This document shows positions 11,406 through 24,099 of a stretch of 41,356 bases of DNA, piece after piece. Every line of letters starts with the position of its first letter. The first letter of the stretch is position 1. A program made the translations under genes and the position numbers. Source of the DNA: Octopus bimaculoides (lineage: Eukaryota); NCBI RefSeq assembly GCF_001194135.2, contig NC_068982.1:101476363-101517718 (forward strand), given 5' to 3'. The notes beneath the pieces were generated by a model. It was not told the DNA's origin and did no database searches. It worked only from the letters and a program-made list of their open reading frames with translations.

Positions 11406-11724
11406 AATATGGAAGTTATATACATTCATAAAGATATATTCAACACTGAACTTATATTCGACACTGTCTAAGCTATTTCTATTGTTTGCTAAGCATTCCT
11501 GTCACTAAATTTCTATTCCCCGTGGAAGCTGTCTCCTTTCAAGCATATCGCTAATACCATGAGAAATATGCCAACGACTTACTTATCATTTCTATTTTCT
11601 TGAAGTCTATAGACCCGATTTCTCACTGGGAATACATTGGATTCAGAAAAGAGAAAAAGGAGATATTTGCTGATTTTTTTCCCCAAAATTTAAACTCCTT
11701 TCGATCTCTCTCTCCCTCTCTCAT

Positions 11725-11796
11725 CTATGTATGTATGTATGTATGTATGTATGTATCTAGCTAGCTAGCTAGCTAGCTAGCTAGCTAGCTAGCTAG
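11725..11796. repeat. (TATG)n followed by (CTAG)10
   Basis: Directly visible; (CTAG)10 spans 11757..11796. Confidence 0.95.
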
Positions 11797-11959
11797 TGTA
11801 AATGATAGTAAGAACTTACTTCAAAGAACCAGTGTTGTTAATATGTAACAATTAGGCGAAGAGATACAACACTTTCTCGTCACTCAAAGAGCCACTACAG
11901 CTCCCTATTATCAGAACAAGAGAAAAAACTACTCAGAAAAAAATAGAACTAGTTCTTTA

Positions 11960-12700
11960 CGTTACCCTTCTCAATAGAATTTCGAAAAGATCCTTTATTC
12001 GTTTCCGACCAAGTAAGTCTAGACTCTGCCGACTATCGTCTTACGGCACTCCAAGTATTTCAAAGATAATCTAAACAACCGTTAACAGCAATCTTCTCAA
12101 CCGCTATCGATCTCTTTTCATCTCTTTCTACAACTTCAACAAAGGCAAATCCACTGGAGGTTCTTGTATCTTCTGTCAACCTCTAGTGGACCGTCGCTTA
12201 AAACAAATTGGTGAAAAGATGATATTACTTTCGATTTTAGCAAAAATGATCATATCTGGAATACAAATCTCTTAATTGAAACTACCCAGCTACAGGATCG
12301 ACATCTTCCTATCAGATCGCACAGTTGGAGCATGTGTCGGCGCGGATCTTTCGGTCCTACATTCAATCAACATAGGTGTGACTCAGATTTTGGTTGTACT
12401 CCACCCTCATTCTTCTTCTGTACATCAAGGATCTACTTGTAATGACATGCCAAACAGCCCTTTCTTCTGTTGATTTACGCGCTTCATCTTGAGGGAGCAG
12501 AAAAGCCACTCCGTCCTTGAGCTCTTGCTGCGAGCTACACCAGAACAATCTTATCACAGCAAGGAACGTATCATAAAATCTGTCCCTTTTCTTCAGAGTC
12601 AGAAAATATTTTAGCTACCCACTATTACTGGTACCCTACAAAGGTTAGGTGTGACCTACAATGGCACATTGCTTCTATATATGGGACCGTGCTGCTGCTG
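11960..12700 (+). mobile_element. Degraded CR1/L2/Jockey-group LINE reverse transcriptase fragment
   Basis: Collinear RT motif remnants across frames: ADYRLTAL (~12030; NYRPIAL), FYNFNKGKST (12126; QYGFRKGRST), ITFDFSKNDHIW (12224; LDISKAFD.VW), KLPSY..FLSDRT (~12279), SINIGVTQ (GVPQG), LILLLYIKDLL (12406; LFLLYINDL), LGVTY / DLQWHIASI (~12645). The YADD motif is degenerate. Subclade and ends are uncertain. Confidence 0.7.
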
Positions 12701-13920
12701 CTGCTGTTGTACACGCGGGCATCTTTGACCATAGTTAGAGAAAGTGTCTAAACTTCCAAATCGCAAACTAACAACCAAAGCCTAGTCTTTCTTCACAGAA
12801 CTTCGGCCTTCTGGGATTCCTTTCTTGTTCATGGCAGTCATGAAGATGGCAACTTGCAACAGTTTACGGAAGACCACAGAGGTCATGGGAGATTGTTACT
12901 TTCTCTAGATCCACCAAGAAAATATAAACTGAAGAGTAACTATGAAAGCGTTAACAGTGAGACGAATGAGATGATACGAGACTAGCTACTTCCGGGGAAT
13001 GGAGGTCATTAAAGAGACGGAAAACTAGAATACGATACGCTTGTAGACCAGAGGCTGGAGTGTGTCTGGAGTGTGTCTATACAGGTGGGAGAAGTAATAA
13101 GCCGTTGTGGTCTTCACCTGACGTATGCAGAGTGCTAGTAACTGTGGAATTCTGAAATATTTTCCGACTCTCAAGAAACTATGAGATATGAAACTAAATG
13201 CGTTAAGAAAATTCGGAACGAATTCACCGTTTAAACTCGGTGTGGGGATGCTATTCTGCTTCCTCCAGCTCCAGCAAGTAAATCAATACAAAGGTACAAC
13301 ACACGTGAAATCAAATATGAAAATAACATAGAGTTAATTGTTAAACTATTTTTATTCGGGTGCTGATGATTTTTATCTTAAATCATTCCCATGATCCTTT
13401 GCTATTCACTACCAAAACCCAAGAACCAGGTGCCATATAAACACATCATATACAAGAAGTGACCGAGTTCTCGAAGTTTAAATAGACATAGGATCGCCAT
13501 AGTTTCAAAACCAGACATAAAGGACTAATAAGGAAAGAGGGAAAATTATAATCAATAAATGAGAATCAGCTGAAACACGTTCCGTACGCGCGCGCGCACA
13601 CACACACGCATTTATAAAAATAACAAAATTACATGATACAAAGGCCAACATGTGCTTTTATTACGTGAGCATTTTTAGATACAATAAATGGTACAATATC
13701 GATTCCATATAGAGCGATTTGTAAATCGATTCATATTGAACCGACTCGGTAATCAAATATACCCAAAACTTATGTGAACATAATATTTTCAAGGAAACCC
13801 TCACATGTATGAACGGAATGAGAACTAAGAATTTTGCAACAATGCAAGTAAACCACTGAAATCAAGGAAAAGGAATGCATAAAGGTAAAAGGCTAAGATG
13901 AAATATACATATACACAAAC

Positions 13921-13933
13921 GCGCACACACGCA

Positions 13934-13984
<51 letters not shown>

Positions 13985-14022
13985 ACACACATACATACAT
14001 ATATACATACATATAAAATTTA

Positions 14023-14059
<37 letters not shown>
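13921..14059. repeat. (CG)/(CA)n followed by (TACA)n and an inverted (TG)n
   Basis: Directly visible. Confidence 0.95.
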
Positions 14060-14061
<2 letters not shown>

Positions 14062-14289
14062 TTCAAATTTACAGAAAACAGAAGACGAAGACAGGTGAAT
14101 GAACAACAAGCAGATGTTTTAGTTTTACACTCGGGAAGAATAGAAATGTCTTTGACGTTTCTAGCCCACGGTCCTCGAAAGAAAGGACTGACAGGGGAAA
14201 AAATCCGGAGAGAAAGAAAACGAAAGAAACAGAGAAAAAAATATGTGTAGGGATTAACGTTTTAACGGTTCTATATATATATATAGAAA

Positions 14290-15600
14290 CAAACCCTACT
14301 GCAGATGTTACAAACATTTTCAAGTAGAAAAGCGTATGAGATTGAAATTAAGAACTGTTTTCGAAGTGCTCGTTTCATAATGGATTGTTCCTTTCTCCTT
14401 CTCTCAAATGCTTTACAACCATCGTAGATCACTTCCTTCCGAGCCGATCGGTCTTACGTCAATTGTTCTCAGTCTTCAACATTCACACTAAAAATCTTAA
14501 GGTTGCTGTAGACAGTGTCCATAAGCATTTCTTAGGCTTATGTCTTAGACGTTTGCCACGTTGGAACCGCATGCAAAGCAACTGAAAACAGTTACTGAAG
14601 TAACCAATCATCTAGCATCCCAGAAAGGTGCCCAGTTCAACTCATTTGGCTGTATACGAAGAGCATTTCAATACTTGATATAACTGACCCGCTCTGAAGG
14701 ACGACAGTGTCGGGTGTTGGAAACTGCCATTTGATAGGTAAGACCCTCCTAAGGCAAAGCTCATGCAATCTTCTTAAAGCCTTGATGTGACGACGATATA
14801 TAGTCTATGATTCAGAAAATTGTAAAAGAGGGGATTAAGTGTATGATTCATAGACGCCGAGCTTGGTTTTGATGGTGATACATCTCACAGACCACACACA
14901 ATTTTCGAGTCTTCCAAATGCTTTGCTGGCTTTTCCACTCCTCAGATCATTTCAGAATCAAGGGATCCATCTCTAGAGAGAGTGCCACTAAGGTGGCACG
15001 AAAATGTCACCCGCATCCCATCTCATCTTGTATCCCTGACAAAGGGCTCGCCTGGAGGCTGAGACACAATGACCTTTGTCTTCTTCAGACTGATGATAAG
15101 TACAAAAGTAGTGCATACTGTAATGAACAGATCCATTACAGCTAACATGTCTTCTTCGGTGTGTGCAACAAGTACTACATGCTCACCATACGGAATCTCA
15201 TGATCAAGGGCCTGAAAAGTCTTCGATTTATGGTGAAGCGTGTTACATGAAAAAAACTTACCCGTGGTTCTGAAGCGAATGTTGATGCCAACATCGCAAT
15301 CCTGGAATACGTAAGAGAGAGTTACAGAATATATATGGAAAATCTGTTGGAGCAGAAATATTATCCTGTTTAACACCGCTATCGATGATATTTGCTTCCG
15401 AGAGCGAAACGTTGAAATCAAAACGAGCTTTCATATCACTATGGCGTTACTTAAACAAGTTGGTCAATTGAGGTGGACATCCAAATTTACCAAAAATGGT
15501 CCAGAGAACGGTCCAGTTTACGGGAATTAGAATAGACTTCATTTAAATGGTTCCGAGAAAGCTATAAGACGTTGCACAAGCACTCAGTATTAAATGCAAT
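14290..15600 (-). mobile_element. RTE-clade LINE, 3' portion of ORF2 (RT and C-terminus), pseudogenised
   Basis: Minus-strand translations with stops and frameshifts: LWTIFGKFGCPP, SGVKQDNISAPT (NGVKQG..LAPT), FQDCDVGINIRFRTTGKFF, LVAHTEEDM...ISLKKTKV, YLSGTLSRDGSLD, TKLGVY, YRRHIKAL, PDTVVL, and terminal VCNICSRVC (~14290). The order matches RTE/BovB-like ORF2; the catalytic YADD is decayed. Confidence 0.9.
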
Positions 15601-15774
15601 GTCTCTTATTGCAGAAACAACCGTAAACTAATAAAACTGACAGCGTATCACCTGTTCCTTTTTTCTCATTCGTTAATTGATATACCCTTACTTATCAGAC
15701 GCTTTACTCTAAAGCATAAATATAATGCGCTCTAACTGCTGGTTACTGGTTTCGCTATATCTAAGCCAAATCAT

Positions 15775-15875
15775 ATATGTTTGTGTGTGCGTGTGTGTGC
15801 GCGCGTGCGTGCATGAGTGTGTGTGTATGTGTATTCGCGCTTATTTGTATGTGATTTTGTGTGTGTGCTTGTGCG
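15775..15875. repeat. Degenerate (TG)/(CG)n microsatellite
   Basis: Directly visible. Confidence 0.85.
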
Positions 15876-17940
15876 CCAATCTAATTGAATACATGTGATT
15901 ATTCAAATATAATATAATTATATCTGTCTTACCTCCTAATCGGGTTACACCAACACACATTCCAAGCAGACTTTGGTCTTTTTTTTTTTTTGTATGCCAC
16001 ATCGTTGTTGCTAGTTAAAGCATGATCTCCCTGAACTACTCTCGTTATTTTTTACGTATTTTTCTGTCAAACCTAGTTTTCTTCGCTTAGGAAATCCAAT
16101 ATATAACAGCACTCTTCTGGTCTCAGAAGATTCTGGTTTAATCCCAAGGTGGGAAATTTGAGGTTTTCTATCAGATAAAGTTTCAAGAGTTCTGTTAAGC
16201 ATGAAATTATTAGCTACTAAATCTTAATAATTATTGTCTATTAAAAGCAACAAATTTTAAAAGCAAGCCATTTTACTGCAAATTCTCTCTAGAACCTCAT
16301 GAATGCCATGGAACCTCATTTGCATTCGATTCTTTACTTAAGTAATAGGAGATTAGGAGAACGTGGCGAATAGTGCACCAAGTCTTTTATTAAGTCTTCA
16401 TATTCAAATGCTTTTACATTATCTCTAAACTTGATATGTTCATATTATATGGACTTCTTTTAGTCACTATTTCTTGTAAACATGCATTATAATTTTCACC
16501 CCAGCGACATACGTCTACTCATATTACTTACAAATATCATCTGCTGGGAGTATTTGAAAATATCCCTCATCAATTTCTTACTTACGAGATACTGCTGTCA
16601 GGGTTTTCACACTAATATCTATATGAATATGTTTTCCGATGGTATCACAAACTATCTTGTAACATCATCTGTAGTCATTATTAGCGATCAACACTTGTTT
16701 ACATCATCTGTGAATGTAATTTGCATGAACCATCTGCAAATACCTCAGGCTCATTTTCTGATACGATATACTGAACTCGATAAGAGATATCATTAGACGA
16801 TGTCATCGTTCATATAATTGTTTGTATTCACATGCACATAAATCCCTCTCTTCATCTATTAATCTCTCCTTGAAATATCGTTATGCTATTCTTAATTAAT
16901 GTTTAGAATTAGCGGACATGTTGTACAAACGTTATTTATTCATATCGCATATTCATATCATCATATAGAATTACACATAGATATGAACTATTAGTGTTGA
17001 AAGCATTTGACTATTCTGCAAACCGTATTTAATTATGTTTAACTTTAATTATTCCTTTGTAGTGAAGGCTTGCATGTATTTAGATAGTAGCTTTAATTGA
17101 GTTTCAAAACTTTATCGCTATTGTGTTTTGTCAGATTTGAATTTTAATAATATAAACAAAAGGAAATTTAACCGTTAGTCATTTTTTATTTTTATAACCA
17201 GTGAAACACCTCCTTGGTGAAAACTATACACTGGTTTACAACAAATTGACAAATCTTATTTTGGTTTGACCAATAGTAACAGTTTATAGAAATGTGGAAG
17301 CCATCGTGCTTCAGCTGACACCAGATTGAGTTATTTTTCTAGACTCGTAGGAAAGGACTGATCTTCACTACTACAAAATATTTGTCAGTTTTATATTACT
17401 TTGTTACTCAATCGTTAAGTCCTTCTTTTTATATATTTTGTCGCATGCTTCTATACTTGGTATGTGAAGGAAAGAAATATTCTGCTGTCCGTCGTGAATA
17501 CAAAACTCAAATGGTATCACCTCATATTACACAAGTGACTGACAGGAATTTCCCCACCTTTGCAAACTTTCAATAATGAAACCAAAACAAAAAGAAGATT
17601 GGCTGAGCTTCGGATGGATACCATCAGAAAAAAACCTTCTATAAATGCAACAGAGTAGTTTCTTTTTTTACAGTTCACAGCATGACTCCGATTGTTTATC
17701 CTCGCAACACCACAATCGATTTAGCTGTAATTAGATCGTAAATTTCAGGGTGTACTGCTTCTTATAACAAGAAACGGCAGCGATTACATACGCTCTGTAG
17801 TTGTCTAATGTTTCATTTTAAAGCATAAGTATATTGAATATTAACTAGTTATTGCTGTGCCTAAGCAGGATCATTATATCGCCTGTGGTAACACAACTAG
17901 ATCTCATAATGCAAAGAAACGGTTACATAATCAAGTATCT

Positions 17941-17980
17941 GCACGTTTGGAGAGCACGTTTGGAGAACTACGTTTGGAGA
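17941..17980. repeat. 13-bp tandem repeat x3 (gcacgtttggaga)
   Basis: Two exact units plus a third unit act-acgtttggaga. Confidence 0.85.
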
Positions 17981-18220
17981 ATTGAAGTGATTGAAAATAA
18001 ATGTCCAGCCATACTCGTTGTTGACTCCAATTTTTCAATTATCTATTCACACATGACAGAAGCTCAAACGCATGAAAGGATATAATAAATATCATGGAAA
18101 CAGCTGTAAGACATTCGATTTACAAATGTTCTATATTATACACAGCCTTGCTTTTTTTTTATCTCATTACGAAACGTAAATCCTTATATACATATATATA
18201 AATCATGTATATATATATAT

Positions 18221-18460
18221 TGTGTTCTTGAGCAACACACTTTATTTCACGTTGCTCCAGTTCACTCAGCTGTTGAAATGAGTTGCGACATCATTGGCCC
18301 TAAGATGTTTCGGCCTTTGCCTTTCCCTTGGATAACATCTGTGGCGTGGAGAGGGAAGGGTGGTACGCATGGGCAACAGCTAGGTTTCTATAAATAATCT
18401 TTCCCAGACTTGTGGCTTCGAGATGATCGCAAGGTTATTCATCACCGAAAGGGGTCTTCC
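18221..18460 (+). mobile_element. Headless family B-like SINE body with a different 3' tail
   Basis: 'tgtgttcttgagcaacacactttatttcacgttgctccagttcactcagctg..aaatgagttgcgac' matches the family B body, then continues into sequence unlike the other B tails. Confidence 0.65.
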
Positions 18461-18498
18461 TCCCTCCATCTATCTATCTATCTATCTATCTACCTACC

Positions 18499-18708
18499 TT
18501 ATTTCCTGTTTCAGTTCTGAGACTGCAACCATACTAGAGCAGTGCCTTCAAGAATTTTGGTCGAACAAATCATTTTAAACCCTGGTACTTAATCCATACG
18601 TATCTTTTGCCGAACCGCTAAGTCACGGGGCAAAAAGACACCAACACCGGTTGTGAAGTGATGGTACGGACAAACGCAGACACACATAGAAATATACATA
18701 CATACATA
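18499..18708 (-). mobile_element. SINE family D, 3' half plus start of the internal microsatellite, cut by gap
   Basis: 'tgtttcag...tcttttgccgaaccgctaagtcacgggg...acaccaacaccggttg' followed by (TACA)n. Confidence 0.82.
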
Positions 18709-19422
18709 NNNNNNNNNNNNNNNNNNNNNNNNNNNNNNNNNNNNNNNNNNNNNNNNNNNNNNNNNNNNNNNNNNNNNNNNNNNNNNNNNNNNNNNNNNNN
18801 NNNNNNNNNNNNNNNNNNNNNNNNNNNNNNNNNNNNNNNNNNNNNNNNNNNNNNNNNNNNNNNNNNNNNNNNNNNNNNNNNNNNNNNNNNNNNNNNNNNN
18901 NNNNNNNNNNNNNNNNNNNNNNNNNNNNNNNNNNNNNNNNNNNNNNNNNNNNNNNNNNNNNNNNNNNNNNNNNNNNNNNNNNNNNNNNNNNNNNNNNNNN
19001 NNNNNNNNNNNNNNNNNNNNNNNNNNNNNNNNNNNNNNNNNNNNNNNNNNNNNNNNNNNNNNNNNNNNNNNNNNNNNNNNNNNNNNNNNNNNNNNNNNNN
19101 NNNNNNNNNNNNNNNNNNNNNNNNNNNNNNNNNNNNNNNNNNNNNNNNNNNNNNNNNNNNNNNNNNNNNNNNNNNNNNNNNNNNNNNNNNNNNNNNNNNN
19201 NNNNNNNNNNNNNNNNNNNNNNNNNNNNNNNNNNNNNNNNNNNNNNNNNNNNNNNNNNNNNNNNNNNNNNNNNNNNNNNNNNNNNNNNNNNNNNNNNNNN
19301 NNNNNNNNNNNNNNNNNNNNNNNNNNNNNNNNNNNNNNNNNNNNNNNNNNNNNNNNNNNNNNNNNNNNNNNNNNNNNNNNNNNNNNNNNNNNNNNNNNNN
19401 NNNNNNNNNNNNNNNNNNNNNN
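18709..19422. other. Assembly gap (N)
   Basis: Run of N flanked by (TACA)n and (TATG)n. Confidence 1.
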
Positions 19423-20544
19423 TATGTATGAATGTATGTATGTATGTATATATATTCTGTAAAGAAAGGCGTCAATACAAATACAGTGAGTGGTTCTGAA
19501 TTTTATCTCCGTATTTTTTAAATCCAGGATAGTTGTATCGTCCCCCTGTTCTCATGCATGGCAACCAATATAAATATGGATTAAGCATCTGTTTTTCTTC
19601 TTTACATATAAGAGTATTGTAATATCGTGAAATCGGACTCAAATAATATTTTGGCATAGAAACAAAACCTTGATAGGAGCGTTGAGAATGTTAGATGGAT
19701 GAGAAAACTAGCTAAAACTATGGCGAATGGTCTAAACTATCATAGGAGATAAGGAAGTTGATCCGTCCAAAACCCATGTTGACACTTTCGTGTTTAATGG
19801 ATAGTCCAGATGATTGATATTCTGTAATTTGTAGGGAGCTTCTAGAAACGGAGGCAAGAATAATATATATGTACGAAAAGGAAGATAAATATACCGCACA
19901 TATATTCGTGTTGTTGCTTGGCAGATGATATATTTATTTATTTTCTTTTTTGCAATAAGTTTCCTTAGGGAATAAATCTAATGCACAAATTTTTATTTTA
20001 GTTTTACTTTTCATTGATTTTCGAAATAGTTCCTGCAACAGTGATTTTTGTTTATTTTAGACTGACTACATGACACAACAACACGTTTGCTATATAGTAG
20101 ATGCTATCAAGAACATAACTTATCTTAGAAAAAAAGGCAACTCTAAATATTCCAATTATGGTGAGGATTTTATCGAAAAGCTTCACAATTTTTTTTTATA
20201 TACTTCAATAGATAATTGACTCCCAGAATATGTAAGTATTAGGATTAACAAGAACGAAAGAGGTAATCGTCATAGAGCAAGAGTCTGTGATGCAACTACA
20301 AATGCTTCGAAAGACAAGGACGTAATAATATCTCATTTTGGTAAACTAAAATTGTGCCTTGTGAAAATACTAATTATAATAATTTATGCTTTCTTTCATT
20401 AGCACAAAACTAGAAATTTATTGGAGGGGAATATGATTGATTCAATAAACTTGGTACGTATCTTATTGATCAAGAAGGGTTCGACTTGCCAAGAATTTCT
20501 TGTACTGCATGCATGCAATGAGCCAAGATCTTGTTTATGAATTG

Positions 20545-20550
20545 ATGATG

Positions 20551-20600
<50 letters not shown>
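20545..20600. repeat. (GAT)/(AAT)n microsatellite
   Basis: Directly visible. Confidence 0.95.
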
Positions 20601-20602
<2 letters not shown>

Positions 20603-20729
20603 GAGAAGAGCGCTAGTCTTGACAACAGCTGGACGTGTTCTTCGCTGTTCTGACCAGTAAGTAACCGAAGACACAGAAACACTAATAAAACCCAGTAGAA
20701 CAACTGAAAAATAACTTTCAAAAACTGGA

Positions 20730-21350
20730 ACATCTACAATCTCCTGTGAGTATTAAAAAATTTTCCCCCAAATAAGGTTAAAAACTTGCATGTCTACAAT
20801 TTTCTCTGGATAAATACACAAACGATTATCTTTAAAAACTTTAAAAACTTTAATACTTACAACTTCTGTGAATACCTATTCTTTCCTTTTCCTTGAATAT
20901 TCGAACATACATTTTGTAGTAAAAACACTACAGTTTTCTCTGTCCAGTCATACAAACAATCATCGTTAGAAAACTTTAAAATTTTAATAGCTACAATTTT
21001 CTGTGGAAGGTTTACACTTCTCTTCCCTTTTCTTTCACCCTGAGTATTTGAAAATGTAGACATACAAACGATTATCGTTATAAAATTCAAAACTTTAATA
21101 TCTACAATTTTCTATGAAAATTTTGCTCCTCTTTTCTTTCATTTCCTTTTTTCCTGAATATTCGAGAATGTAAACACCCTTTTCATTGCAAGGACACTAC
21201 AGTTTTCTCTGGCCGGACACACAAACGATCATCTTTAGAAAGTTTAAAACTTTAATATCTAAAATTTTCTGTGAAAATTTTACCGTCCTTTTCTGTAATA
21301 TGTAAACATACCTTTTATTGCAACAAATCAAAAGCACGATGGAAACTAAG
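20730..21350. repeat. Degenerate tandem repeat with ~110-160 bp units
   Basis: Motif (c/t)a(c/t)acaaac(g/a)at(t/c)atc..aaaactttaata..tacaattttct recurs at ~20815, 20949, 21061 and 21218; 'acactacagttttctctg' occurs at ~20925 and ~21194; the array runs toward a gap. Confidence 0.8.
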
Positions 21351-21443
21351 NNNNNNNNNNNNNNNNNNNNNNNNNNNNNNNNNNNNNNNNNNNNNNNNNN
21401 NNNNNNNNNNNNNNNNNNNNNNNNNNNNNNNNNNNNNNNNNNN
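21351..21443. other. Assembly gap (N)
   Basis: Run of N. Confidence 1.
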
Positions 21444-21669
21444 AACCACAGCAAAACCAATAAAAAGAAAAGGAAACTTTAAAAAAAAAAATTGAAAAGT
21501 TCAACGATGTAAACGTCAGCATATGTATTGTATTATTTTTCTATCAGTAATCAAAAACAGAACAAGGTGAATTGTTTTTTTCCAAGGCCAAGGTTAGCGC
21601 TCTCATTGATCACTAATAGTAGTAAACACATTTGATCTCTGCTGACCGCAAGAGTGTGACGCTTCTTTT

Positions 21670-22562
21670 GAGCAAGATATGAACAAAAATAAAAGGGAAA
21701 GAAAAAGCATGGAAGAAAAAGAAAATGTATGGTCAGTTTGAAAGAAATATGAACGCCAACACAGATGCAGAGGACCGGTGGCTATGGTTAAGGAGAAGTA
21801 ACCTGAATATAGAGACAGAAACACTCATATGCGCAGCTCAGGAACAAGTGTTAGGGACCAATTATAAGAAGTGCAGAATAGACAACACTAACGATAGCGA
21901 CAAATGCAGAATGTGTGGTGAGAGGGGTGAAACGGTAAGGCACATCGTTAGCGAATGCTCGAAATTGGCACAACGCGGGTACAAAAGACGCCATGGCAAT
22001 GCTGCAAGAGTGATCGATTGGAAACTCTGTTGAAATCACAGTCTACAAAGAGCAAAGACTTGGTATGAGCAAACTCCAGAAGGAGTCACCGAGAATGAGA
22101 AATGTCAAATCCTGTGAGATGCAATGATCCAGTGTGATCACCTGACCAGACATCGGAAACCAGACATTGTTGTAGTGAATAAAAAAGAAAGAACATTTAT
22201 GATAATCAACATAGCATGCCCCGGTGACAGCACGATCAATGTGAAAGAAAAATTTAAAAAATAAACAACTATGACGATTTAAAGTGGGAAATACGAAAGT
22301 TGCGGTCAACGAAGGGAGTTGACGCGATACCAGTTAGTAATTAGTGCACTTGGAAGTATAAGCATTCAACTACCAACATGGCTGAAAAAGATCGGTGCAA
22401 GTGTGAAGGTAGAAAACCTACAAAGAACAGCATTGCTTGGAACTGCAAGAATTCTTCGCAGGGTTCTTGAAGCATGACCAGTAAACAAGTGTCACCTTAG
22501 TCTGTTGACTGAGGACAGCTGACACTTTCCATCATACCCAGCAAAATAAACTGAGAGTTTTC

Positions 22563-22599
<37 letters not shown>
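21670..22599 (+). mobile_element. R4/Dong-like non-LTR retrotransposon (restriction-like endonuclease type), 5'-truncated 3' end, pseudogenised
   Basis: MYGQF, ETETLICAAQEQ, CCHC knuckle CRMC-X8-H-X4-C (CRMCGERGETVRHIVSEC), YKRRH, RLE motif RKPDIVVVNK..IINIACPGD, KE.K..Y..L, C-terminal ALLGTARILRRVLEA* (stop 22475-22477), short 3'UTR, then (AAT)n at 22566-22599. Contains two in-frame stops and about two frameshifts. Confidence 0.9.
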
Positions 22600-22713
22600 C
22601 CTTTCTGCTATAGGCACAAGACCTGGAATGTTTGGGGAGGTAATAAGTCGATTACATCGACCCAGTGCTCAACTGGTACTTAATTTATCGACCCCGAAAT
22701 GATGAAAGGCAAC
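22598..22713 (-). mobile_element. SINE family A, 3' half
   Basis: 'atcctttctgctataggcacaag...gtcgattacatcgacccagtgctcaactggtacttaatttatcgaccccgaaatgatgaaaggc'. Confidence 0.87.
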
Positions 22714-22717
22714 ATCA

Positions 22718-22741
22718 AATAATAATAATAATAATAATAAC

Positions 22742-22779
<38 letters not shown>

Positions 22780-22803
22780 GAGTAATAAGAGTAATAATAA
22801 TAA
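22718..22803. repeat. (AAT)n microsatellite
   Basis: Directly visible. Confidence 0.96.
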
Positions 22804-23256
22804 TAGACGGAACAAATACCACAAAGCATTCTATCAACACTACTAATCCGGCAGCGAATTCGTAGCGCTATTAAAATAAATAAAGTTTTCTCATTTTGTA
22901 AAAAGAAAAGATTAACTGGGCGCCTTTCGTTTGTGCGTTAAACTTTCTCTTCACACAGACATGAAGGCACTGGATTGGGAGTTCTGAATTCTTTTTTTTT
23001 TTTTGACTTTGATTTCTGTTACCTAAATTGTATGCTTATTTAGTTTAATGTCAAGCTAACATAAAAAACGATATTTAAACTAAGCTTTTATCACTAAAAT
23101 GTCGATATGTTGGAATGAGAATAATACTGAGGCTGTTTAAGGGAGGCTAATATGAGCAGTTAATTTTAACTTTAATACAGGCTACCCTGTTTTCCTCCTC
23201 CTCCCCCTCCGTTTTCTTCCCCTTCTTCCTTTAGCAGCATGATAGTATCCATAACT

Positions 23257-23259
<3 letters not shown>

Positions 23260-23290
<31 letters not shown>

Positions 23291-23433
23291 ACTACTACAA
23301 GATGACAAACACCACACACGTTACGCCACATATTACTTTCACTCTTGCAAAGAAACGGCATTCCGTTTTCATTCTGTCAATAGCTTCCAAATTTTCCCCC
23401 TCTTTTCTATTTTATGTCTGCCTGTCTGTCTCA

Positions 23434-23507
<74 letters not shown>

Positions 23508-23510
23508 GGG
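23260..23510. repeat. (CTA)n at ~23258-23298 and (CT)n at ~23430-23507
   Basis: Directly visible; explains ORF 23239..23583. Confidence 0.93.
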
Positions 23511-24059
23511 TTTTTCTATTTCAGTTCTTGCTCGCATATTTTCCTTTCCATTTCCCACCCTACCAGCTCTTGTGTGTGAATAGCAATAATTAAAATTTTC
23601 TCATATTTGAAGTCAAATGTTTGAGGTTGAAATCTGTGTTTAGAAAGTGATCTGATAGTTATTTAATGCCAGGTATTGTCATTAACGAGTCTTTGGACAG
23701 TATGGACTAATGTTTTCATAAACTAAACTCGAACTAAGATCAACATATTTTGTCATGTAAGATTGTAGAGTAAACAAGCTTTTTCTTCCTTTCTTGTCAT
23801 ATAGCAGATGTTTGTTCCATAACTCCCCCGCTAAAATAAATAATTAAAATAATAAAATATATAAAAACAAAACTAAAAAAGAATCCTGTTTCAACAGATC
23901 AAGTAAATGATATTTCGCCGTAGCGTAATTATATTAAGGGGGTGAGGAGAGAATAGTTTAAAAAATCAAATCAATGTGTAAATAGAAAAAGTTATCCAAT
24001 TTTCTTATTGGACATTCAAGATTGAATAATTCCCTAGAGTTTGAGAGAAAGAAAGAAAT

Positions 24060-24060
24060 T

Positions 24061-24098
<38 letters not shown>
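24060..24098. repeat. (GATA)n microsatellite
   Basis: Directly visible. Confidence 0.96.

Positions 24099-24099
<1 letters not shown>

Noticed and set aside
12150-12190. Hairpin tccactggaggtt-N15-aacctctagtgga
   Set aside because: Only a 13-bp stem, it lies inside the decayed RT remnant, and it is too short for a pre-miRNA call
15925-16202. Minus-strand acceptor near 16195, ORF 16011..16202 and strong donor GAG/gtaaga near 15930
   Set aside because: The putative exon contains a stop and a poly-A run, there is no homology, and isolated splice consensus hits are expected by chance
20730-21350. Repeat-spacer-like pattern considered as a CRISPR array
   Set aside because: Repeats are degenerate, the spacers themselves are related, the context is eukaryotic and there are no cas genes
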